A stretch of 64,000 nucleotides of DNA from an uncultured Candidatus Saccharibacteria bacterium (lineage in GTDB: Bacteria > Patescibacteriota > Minisyncoccia > Phycocordibacterales > Zambryskibacteraceae): assembly GCA_964355645.1 (NCBI GenBank), contig CAYHDI010000002.1:92522-156521 (forward strand). The letters are read 5' to 3'. Under the pieces are notes generated by a model. That model had not been told where the DNA came from and searched no databases. It saw nothing but the letters and a program-made list of their open reading frames with translations. The translations under genes were made by a program, and so were the position numbers. Below are positions 48,719-55,619 of this stretch, piece after piece. Position 1 is the first letter of the stretch, and every line of letters starts with the position of its first letter.

Positions 48719-48919
48719 ATGGAACGGGTTAAACAACAAGCCTTTTGTACTCAGTGCAGAACAATTACACTTCACACCCACATGCACGATACTGCTCATG
48801 GAATCGAAGGAACACACATGGAAGGCTCAGAGCGCTATGTGTGCAACAGCTGTGGGGCATTCATTTCCAAGAATGAAGCGACGGAACGCAAACTCAATCT
48901 TATTTTTGTTTGTGATTAG
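48719..48919 (+). CDS. Small zinc-ribbon protein (CxxC...CxxC)
   Basis: CTQC...CNSC pairs. Followed by a terminator. Confidence 0.4.
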   Translation: MERVKQQAFCTQCRTITLHTHMHDTAHGIEGTHMEGSERYVCNSCGAFISKNEATERKLNLIFVCD

Positions 48920-48930
48920 AATTTCAACAT

Positions 48931-48957
48931 CCACCCCTTCTCGGGTGGCTTTTCATT
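48931..48957 (+). terminator. Rho-independent terminator
   Basis: ccaccc-cttctc-gggtgg followed by cttttcatt. Confidence 0.55.
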
Positions 48958-49774
48958 AAATCAAAAACTCAATCACATCTCCATCTTGGACGATATATTC
49001 TTTGCCTTCGGTGCGAACCCAACCTTTTTCTCGAGCCTTGGCAAACGAACCGGCTTCAAGAAGCTTGTCGTAGTGCACCACTTCGGCGCGGATAAATTTA
49101 TCTTTGAAATCATTGTGGATGGCTCTCCCCGCTTCGGGCGCAGTCGAACCGCGCTTCGTTGTCCAAGCCCTTGATTCGTCCTCACCGGTAGTGAAAAAAG
49201 TTATAAGATTCAACAAATCGTATCCGGCTTTAATTAAATTATCTAAACCTGTGCCGAAAATTGGATCAATCTCAATATACGGGCCAGGGAGCTTAGAAAT
49301 GAAATCCCCTTTCACCCTCTCGCTCGCTTCTGAGGTATTCAAAACATACAAGGTCGGTTTGTTTATGCCCGCAGCTTCAAGTTCAAGATTAATAATTCCA
49401 ATATCAAAAAGTGGATCAACTTTCTCATGAACATGAATAATGCCCGGATCTTCGAAAATCCTGACCACCTCAATAATGGCATCCACTTCTCTAATGTGCG
49501 AAAGAAACTTGTTGCCGAGACCTTCACCCTCGCTCGCGCCTTTCACTAATCCAGCGATATCTACGAATTCTACTACCGCAGGAATTGTCTTCTTCGATTT
49601 ACTCATCTCTGATAATTTTTCCAAACGCTCATCAGGCACTGGCACAATACCCACGGATGGGTCAATCGTACAAAACGGATAATTCTCCGCCGGCACAGAC
49701 TTTTTGGTCAAAGCATTAAAAAGCGTTGATTTCCCTACGTTCGGCAAACCTACAATTCCTATAGATAATGACAT
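48956..49774 (-). CDS. ychF: Obg-like ATPase YchF, shortened (no helical insertion)
   Basis: GIVGLPNVGKSTLFNALT, DIAGLVKGAS, and C-terminal TGS domain. Confidence 0.8.
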   Translation of the reverse strand: MSLSIGIVGLPNVGKSTLFNALTKKSVPAENYPFCTIDPSVGIVPVPDERLEKLSEMSKSKKTIPAVVEFVDIAGLVKGASEGEGLGNKFLSHIREVDAIIEVVRIFEDPGIIHVHEKVDPLFDIGIINLELEAAGINKPTLYVLNTSEASERVKGDFISKLPGPYIEIDPIFGTGLDNLIKAGYDLLNLITFFTTGEDESRAWTTKRGSTAPEAGRAIHNDFKDKFIRAEVVHYDKLLEAGSFAKAREKGWVRTEGKEYIVQDGDVIEFLI

Positions 49775-49827
49775 ACACAGATAATAGCTCGAAACATGGA
49801 ATTCCGCACTTTTTTATAAAAAAATTA

Positions 49828-50060
49828 CGCGAAAGCCCTTTCTCATAACAAGGGCTGCGCGTTTCCCCCTCCGAAGAACGCCCGTCTGACGAGGTAAATG
49901 AGCTGTGTACTTTGTAAGTTTCGGTACCCGCAAGTGTTGCCCAAAGGCAGCAACTTTAAATTGGGTCCACTTATTTTTATATTTGACAGCCTCCTCTTTT
50001 CAAACGAGTTGTATTAATAATCCTAGACCTTTAATCGAAAGTCAATAGTTTTCGTCGGAT
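49828..50060 (-). ncRNA. Candidate minus-strand non-coding RNA (about 180-230 nt) ending in a strong intrinsic terminator at 49828-49866
   Basis: ORF-free 350-bp gap. A -35/-10-like pair (TTGACT...TTATTA) lies near 50020-50055 on the minus strand. A long imperfect hairpin acgcgaaagccctt/aagggctgcgcgt is followed by a T-run on the minus strand. Confidence 0.2.
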
Positions 50061-50122
50061 AAACCTGTTAGTAACAAGTGGAAAAACCCAAAGAGTTGGG
50101 GACAAGATGATTTTCTATCTAA

Positions 50123-51088
50123 TTATTTTGTTGTATCAAACACTTCTCCGTGAAAACCGATGAAAGAAGTATTCGTGGCTGTTTTGCTTTTGGCCTTATA
50201 ATTGTTCACCGAATACACGCCGATGATTAAAACCAGGACAATCAAACCGTTGGTAATGAGAATCGGATGCTTTTTGTCCATTCTAATAAACAATTTGAAG
50301 AACAGGGCGAGCGCCACTAATATTCCGAGAATAATAAAAACGATGTTGGCGATGTGTCTCGGAGAAGTTAGATATTTTTCAAAAATAGTCGTACTTGGCC
50401 CTGCCACAGTGGTCACTTCCGTAGAAGCACCCAAAACTTTCGAGGTAGAGGCTGTTGGAATATTTGTCACCACTTTTGTTGCCCCATTCACTATGACAAA
50501 GTTTTTTGGTCGACCATAAACTTGAGCTACAAAAACCGTTGGCCTGCCTTCGAATGTGCCCGAGGCAATTCCTGTGCCCATTTCGGTGTAAGCGTTCTTC
50601 ACAATATTGGCTCTGTGTGTAGGAGAATTCATCCATGCGGTTGTCACATCTTGAGAATCGGTGAAATCAACAGCGAGATTTTCTCCGGCGTAATCATATT
50701 TGTATCCAACGAGGTTGAACCAGTACCAAGGAGTCTTCCCATCCGGACTAATATGAGCAAAATAGCTTTTGTCCGCCATATCCTTGGCTTTCAATTCGGC
50801 CACTTTGTTTAGAAGAGGGCTGATAGAAAGGACGGTTAAATGTTGACTTTGTCTTTTTTGATTTGAAAGATTATCTAGAACGGCCGGTAGGACCGCTGCA
50901 ATAAAGTTGTTGTTGGCTGGGTTTAGGACGGAAACATAAGGCAAAGTGAAAACACCCAACTCAATTAGAAAGACAATCAATACTACGAAGCGAATATTTT
51001 TGCCACGAAGAAAATGAGGCTGATGGTCATTGCTTTCGTGGGGAATAAAGTGCTTTTTAAACCATTTAATCATTAGTTTATTATACAC
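50123..51088 (-). CDS. CAP/SCP/PR-1 domain protein, membrane-anchored at both termini
   Basis: YFAHISPDGKTPWYWF...YAGENLA...AWMNSPTHRANI. Confidence 0.65.
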   Translation of the reverse strand: MYNKLMIKWFKKHFIPHESNDHQPHFLRGKNIRFVVLIVFLIELGVFTLPYVSVLNPANNNFIAAVLPAVLDNLSNQKRQSQHLTVLSISPLLNKVAELKAKDMADKSYFAHISPDGKTPWYWFNLVGYKYDYAGENLAVDFTDSQDVTTAWMNSPTHRANIVKNAYTEMGTGIASGTFEGRPTVFVAQVYGRPKNFVIVNGATKVVTNIPTASTSKVLGASTEVTTVAGPSTTIFEKYLTSPRHIANIVFIILGILVALALFFKLFIRMDKKHPILITNGLIVLVLIIGVYSVNNYKAKSKTATNTSFIGFHGEVFDTTK

Positions 51089-51143
51089 AATAAAACCTTA
51101 TGTGTAAAGATCTCATTTTATTTGAGTTTTGAATGATGCAGAA

Positions 51144-51368
51144 TTACGCAAACGCTGGCAAATCAACAAGTTTCTTCCCTATTGTGATTTTGCCAAAATT
51201 TTTCTTGCCAATTTTTTCACTGACTCCTAATATTTCAAGATAAAGCGGATTGCCCTTTTTATCCAAATCTAAAAAAATCTCAGAGGAAACTTCCACAGTT
51301 TTGTTTACTGGGCCAGATTTTAATACTATATTTAGAGCATCGGCTTCTTTATCGTAGCTTATTTTCAT
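51144..51368 (-). CDS. DUF2283 family protein (antitoxin-like partner of DUF4258)
   Basis: MKISYDKEADALNIVL... is the typical DUF2283 N-terminus. Confidence 0.65.
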   Translation of the reverse strand: MKISYDKEADALNIVLKSGPVNKTVEVSSEIFLDLDKKGNPLYLEILGVSEKIGKKNFGKITIGKKLVDLPAFA

Positions 51369-51415
51369 ATGATTATATTATAGCTTATTTTTGATCTTGG
51401 CAACCCAATGCGCAG

Positions 51416-51487
51416 TTATAACCAAAACGCTTTCTTTTTCCTTTGCTCGAGTTTTATTATCGAATGTTTGGTAAATATTATTAACAT
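51416..51487 (-). pseudogene. Truncated remnant of the DUF4258 partner gene (23 codons)
   Basis: MLIIFTKHSIIKLEQRKKKAFWL then stop. It resembles a DUF4258 N-terminus (F.kHa.e.m..R.i) and lies immediately upstream of the DUF2283 gene in the canonical order. Confidence 0.3.
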
Positions 51488-51531
51488 ATTTTTATTATAC
51501 AAAACAAAACTTCAAAAATACAGAATTAAAT

Positions 51532-51575
51532 AACGTGAATTCGGGTTATTTTTTCCCTAAATTCACGTTATTTTG
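51532..51575. promoter_or_regulatory. 11-bp perfect inverted repeat (TAACGTGAATT-N18-AATTCACGTTA), possible operator
   Basis: Palindrome located 45-90 bp upstream of the DUF4258-remnant/DUF2283 transcription unit. Confidence 0.25.
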
Positions 51576-51613
51576 TCTTAACTCATACAAATCTATAAAA
51601 TATGCTAGTTTAA

Positions 51614-51650
51614 CTAAAAAACCACCCGTGTCAAACGGGTGGTTTTTTAA
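51614..51650. terminator. Bidirectional intrinsic terminator
   Basis: A-run, then accacccg-tgtcaaa-cgggtggt, then T-run. Confidence 0.6.
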
Positions 51651-51687
51651 CTTTAAACTTTCCGCTTTATAACTTTCGACTTTTTTA

Positions 51688-52533
51688 TTGTTGAGCCTTT
51701 ATTTGATCTTGCAACATTTGAATCAACTGTTGCATGAGTATCGTGATTTGAGCTTTGCTGTGTATAATGAGATTATGTCAGATAGGCTAAATCCTCGTTC
51801 ATTGTTTTTTGTATTCATTTTATTCACCTTTTTTGGATTTTTTAATTTTGTATCTGCTCAAACTTCTACCTCTGCAAACCCTCTCAATGCTGAACTCCTT
51901 TCAAATATTTGGTACTCGACAACATCCATAAATGAGAACGACCAAATAAACATTTATGCTGGATTCCAAAACCATTCAGACAAAAACCTCTCGGGCACCG
52001 CTGGATTTTATGTAGACAATTTAGAAATAAACAAAATTAAATTTTCTATTAGCCCAAAAAGTTTAATCAAATTGGATTCACCCTATGAAGCTTTGTCTGG
52101 GAATCATACAGTTCAAGTGAAAATACTTGATTTAAATGAAGTACAGGGAAATTCTACTCTCCCACTTTCGGTTAATGATCTTTTGGCCTTTGAAAGTGAG
52201 AAAAGCGGTTTGAATGTAAAATACAAAATAACCAAAGACATTATCCTCAACAAAGTTAATACCATCGCGAATACTATTGTGAATAGTATTGATAAATCAA
52301 CTGAAAATTTGGCCAACCTAGTTGAAGATAAGAAAAAACCGGAAACCCCCACTTCCAAAGTCCTCGGGGCAAGTACTGGTAGTCCTCAAATTACCAAAGA
52401 CAATAAAGCTGGCACAGGATTTTCTTTCTTGAATACATCCATAGATATTTTGGCCTTTCTTCTTCGCCACTGGATTTGGACTTTTGTATCTCTAATTTTT
52501 CTTATTCTTTTATTTATCTTTAAGAAGGGTTAG
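51688..52533 (+). CDS. Hypothetical exported/membrane protein. Likely start MSDRLNPRS, near 51778
   Basis: N-terminal signal-like helix and C-terminal TM. No domain recognised. Confidence 0.4.
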   Translation: MLSLYLILQHLNQLLHEYRDLSFAVYNEIMSDRLNPRSLFFVFILFTFFGFFNFVSAQTSTSANPLNAELLSNIWYSTTSINENDQINIYAGFQNHSDKNLSGTAGFYVDNLEINKIKFSISPKSLIKLDSPYEALSGNHTVQVKILDLNEVQGNSTLPLSVNDLLAFESEKSGLNVKYKITKDIILNKVNTIANTIVNSIDKSTENLANLVEDKKKPETPTSKVLGASTGSPQITKDNKAGTGFSFLNTSIDILAFLLRHWIWTFVSLIFLILLFIFKKG

Positions 52534-52538
52534 AGGAT

Positions 52539-53138
52539 TTATTTTGCTTTTTGACCGAGATTATAAACTTTTCTTTTCATTCTCTCTCTCCGCCACATTC
52601 CGAAATGCTTGAGATATCCAAACTTGTGTACATAAATCGGAGAAAATCCCGAGAACCACAAAATGCCTTTCTTCAATTCATTCGTCGTATCACCGAAAAC
52701 AATTCTCTGAATCAACGGCATCGTATCCGAAGTGACAACCATGCTGGCCGACTTCCCTTTCATCAATTTTTTCCACATATATCCCCCTTCAATAAATTGA
52801 TAGGCAAACCCCGGCATCCACGTTCGATCAAAGAGACCTTTGAGAAGTGCAGGCATCGTTGACCACCAAGATGGATAAAAGATTACAAAGTGTTCGGCCC
52901 ACTTCACATTTTCTTGCAGAGCGAGGAGATCGGGTTCGAGTTCTTGTTTGACTTTGTAGCCGAGATGAAGTATCGGATCAAACTTCATATCTCCAATGTT
53001 CATTCGACGAGTTTCGTGACCCGCTTCATTCGCCCCCCGTTCATATTCGTCGGCCAAAGTACCATTCAAAGTATCTTTGTCCGGATGACCAAGCAAGATG
53101 AAAACCCTTTTCTTTTTGTTTTCGAATGGCCAACTCAT
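52539..53138 (-). CDS. NAD(P)H-dependent oxidoreductase, flavodoxin-like fold (Flavodoxin_2 family)
   Basis: RVFILLGHPDKDTLNGTLADEY...HFVIFYPSWWSTMPALLKGLFDRTW. Confidence 0.7.
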   Translation of the reverse strand: MSWPFENKKKRVFILLGHPDKDTLNGTLADEYERGANEAGHETRRMNIGDMKFDPILHLGYKVKQELEPDLLALQENVKWAEHFVIFYPSWWSTMPALLKGLFDRTWMPGFAYQFIEGGYMWKKLMKGKSASMVVTSDTMPLIQRIVFGDTTNELKKGILWFSGFSPIYVHKFGYLKHFGMWRRERMKRKVYNLGQKAK

Positions 53139-53386
53139 CGCATTAGTTTCTGAAATTCGGCCTGATGGTTGCGCATCACTTCCATGGTCGCGGACATTTC
53201 ATCTTTGCCTGATTTTTTCTTTGCTTCGACCTCCTTACCTATCTTTTCGAAGAAATCCGGGTTCTTTTCTATCATTTCCATGAACATTTTCTGCTGGGCC
53301 TCCGGCATGCCCTTCATCTTGGACTTAAGCATCTGCTTAAGCATAAAGTTTTTGAATATTCCCATAGTGGACATTATATAGTACAA
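53135..53386 (-). CDS. Small Met/Lys-rich hypothetical protein
   Basis: ORF co-directional with the oxidoreductase and overlapping it. Confidence 0.3.
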   Translation of the reverse strand: MYYIMSTMGIFKNFMLKQMLKSKMKGMPEAQQKMFMEMIEKNPDFFEKIGKEVEAKKKSGKDEMSATMEVMRNHQAEFQKLMR

Positions 53387-53438
53387 TATAGGGGTAGAGC
53401 TAGTTATTAAGTAAATGGCATATTAAATAAATAAATTT

Positions 53439-53696
53439 ATGGTTAGAACAGCCAATCCGGCTTTGTTGAAGCCCTATAATCTCTCTTCAGAACTCGAAGC
53501 GGTTGTAGGCAAAGGACCTTTACCTAGAGGTCAGGTAGTGAAGAAGATGTGGGAATATATCAAGAAGAATGACCTTCAGAATCCAAAGAACAAGCGCAAC
53601 ATCCTCGCGGATGCCATGCTTAAACCTTTGTTCGGAGGCAAATCAGAAGTCACCATGTTTGAGATGACCAAACTCGTCTCGGCCCACATGAAGTAA
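53439..53696 (+). CDS. SWIB/MDM2 domain protein
   Basis: LSSELEAVVGKGPLPRGQVVKKMWEYIKKNDLQNPKNKRNI...GGKSEVTMFEMTKLV. Confidence 0.8.
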   Translation: MVRTANPALLKPYNLSSELEAVVGKGPLPRGQVVKKMWEYIKKNDLQNPKNKRNILADAMLKPLFGGKSEVTMFEMTKLVSAHMK

Positions 53697-53725
53697 TCCG
53701 AAAGGAAACTTTGTGAATTACAAAA

Positions 53726-53750
53726 CCCCGGTTATGCCGGGGTTTTGTAA
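53726..53750. terminator. Bidirectional intrinsic terminator
   Basis: aaaaccccgg-ttat-gccggggtttt. Confidence 0.6.
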
Positions 53751-53752
53751 TG

Positions 53753-53823
53753 TGGACCTATCGAGAATCGGACTCGAGTTTCGTCATTGCGAACGACGCG
53801 TCGTACCACTAGACCATAGGCCC
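53753..53823 (-). tRNA. tRNA-Ala (anticodon CGC), 71 nt, atypical T-loop
   Basis: Hand-folded. Acceptor GGGCCUA/UAGGUCC has the G3:U70 pair diagnostic of tRNA-Ala. Discriminator is A73. Anticodon stem CGUCG/UGACG with loop UUCGCAA. T-stem UCGAG/CUCGA with loop UCCGAUU, which has C at position 55. Confidence 0.45.
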
Positions 53824-53963
53824 TGGGTGGTCACGAATAAATTTGCTGACACAAATTTTTCTCGACCCCGGCTCGTGGTTTTTGCCTTTCGCTTACGCTC
53901 AAACAAAAACATCACTCCGCCCTGCACAAGGCACAATCTGCCTAAAGCAGAAATTGTGTCCTT

Positions 53964-54036
53964 GTGCACCCTGTAGGGATCGAACCTACGACCTTTCCGA
54001 TGTGAACGGAATGTTCTACCACTGAACTAAGGGTGC
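53964..54036 (-). tRNA. tRNA-Val (anticodon CAC), 73 nt
   Basis: Hand-folded. Acceptor GCACCCU/AGGGUGC, D-arm GUUC-AGUGGUA-GAAC, anticodon loop UUCACAU, T-arm GUAGG-UUCGAUC-CCUAC, discriminator A73. Confidence 0.8.
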
Positions 54037-54058
54037 GTATTAACCAAAGTCAACGCTC

Positions 54059-55309
54059 TCATTTGTTGTACCAAGGTGATAACGAGAAAAAGACATTGGC
54101 AATGTTCGAGTAGCCAGTCAATCTACTTATTGGAGACGGGGTTGGTGGAGGAGTAAACGTGCCTGGAATTGTTTGAGGAGCAGTCCCTGGTTGAATGGTT
54201 TGAATTGGGTTAGGAGATAAAGGAGGAGTTGGACCATCGGGAGACATTGGTTGAATGATACCTTGTGGCATAATATTTTTTTGAGGCGACCTAAAGTTTT
54301 TGCATATTTCCGGATTGTTCTCACAAAAAACTTTACATTCCTCTTGAGTTTTGCAACCGCCAGGTCCAGCTTGTTCAGATCTCATTTGTTCACCAGGATT
54401 ATTTTCCCCACGATTTTGTCTAAATTTATTTCCTTCTTCAATTTGTTTTAGTTGTTCTGGCGGGATAAGCCCATTGTCCTTACCAAAATTAAAACAGATT
54501 TCCTGGTTCTCTGATTTATTACAAAAGGCATCACATTCTTCTTTCCCCTTGCACCCCCCAGGACCCTTGCCCCCGGTTTTTTTCATCATTTCTGCATCTT
54601 TCTCTGTCATAAATCCCGCAGCCTCAGCAAATTTGATACAAGCCTCAACATTTTCTGGTTGTGAACAATAAGCATCACAAGCTTCTTTGCCTTTACATGG
54701 CAAAGGAATTGCGCCTTTGTCTATTGCGGTCATCATTTTCTTCGCATCCTCTAAATCCTTACCCTTTATAAAACCAGCCTCCTCACCAAAAGCAATACAA
54801 ACTTTCATGTTGTTTGGATTTTCACAATACGCATCACAGGCTTTCTTGCTACCACATGGTGGGGGTTTAATTCCCCTGGCAATAGCCGATTGTACCAGTT
54901 TTGCCTCTGCCAAATCCTTTGGGGAAAGAATGCCAGATTTTTCTGCGAAAGTTACGCATTCATTTATGTGACTAACGTCGTCGCAATATGATTCGCATGA
55001 TTCTTTAGTAGTACATCCTCCAGGGCCCTTGGTCGCTGCATTGAGAAATTTATTGGCGGTATCAATCTGTTCCTTTGACATAAGATTGTTTTTCTCGGCA
55101 AAGGCCATACAAGATGATACGTTGTCTGGCTTGTCACAATACGCTTTACACGAATTTTTATCACTACAGTTTCCTAATTCAACAATAGGATATTGGATGT
55201 TATCTCCCTTTGTATCAACTACCGTATCTGCAAACACGGTTCCAAAGACGAATATGCTCATCAAGATTCCAAAACTAACGATGTAGAAAGAAGGTTGTTT
55301 GGTGTTCAT
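54059..55309 (-). CDS. Secreted protein with six tandem 4-Cys repeats and a Pro-rich C-terminal tail
   Basis: Signal peptide. Repeats of about 45 aa with pattern G-G-C-x5-C-x3-C-x7-C-x2-FAE/FGE-x-G. C-terminal proline-rich region. Confidence 0.5.
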   Translation of the reverse strand: MNTKQPSFYIVSFGILMSIFVFGTVFADTVVDTKGDNIQYPIVELGNCSDKNSCKAYCDKPDNVSSCMAFAEKNNLMSKEQIDTANKFLNAATKGPGGCTTKESCESYCDDVSHINECVTFAEKSGILSPKDLAEAKLVQSAIARGIKPPPCGSKKACDAYCENPNNMKVCIAFGEEAGFIKGKDLEDAKKMMTAIDKGAIPLPCKGKEACDAYCSQPENVEACIKFAEAAGFMTEKDAEMMKKTGGKGPGGCKGKEECDAFCNKSENQEICFNFGKDNGLIPPEQLKQIEEGNKFRQNRGENNPGEQMRSEQAGPGGCKTQEECKVFCENNPEICKNFRSPQKNIMPQGIIQPMSPDGPTPPLSPNPIQTIQPGTAPQTIPGTFTPPPTPSPISRLTGYSNIANVFFSLSPWYNK

Positions 55310-55311
55310 TT

Positions 55312-55548
55312 TTATTGGAATGGATTAGTTTTAATTGATCGAAGTGGATTTGAGGCGTTCACCGGATTAACATCCGGTTTATTCTCCAAAGGATTTGTGC
55401 TTCCACTCAAAGAAGGTAGGGGTATTTTGTTTACCACCTGATTTGTGCTTCCGCTAGTTTCGGATGGATTTTTTGGTCTCAAAAGAAAATATCCCACTAT
55501 TGCAATTATTACAATAAAAACAATAGTTAGTGTTGTTTTGCTATTCAT
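55312..55548 (-). CDS. Small membrane/secreted protein
   Basis: N-terminal TM helix plus a Ser/Pro/Asn-rich tail. Confidence 0.35.
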   Translation of the reverse strand: MNSKTTLTIVFIVIIAIVGYFLLRPKNPSETSGSTNQVVNKIPLPSLSGSTNPLENKPDVNPVNASNPLRSIKTNPFQ

Positions 55549-55619
55549 GAATATATTTATAAGTTGCTAGTTTTTTCCTCTTTTTATTATAACAAGTCTT
55601 AGTCAGATGCGGGGAATTA

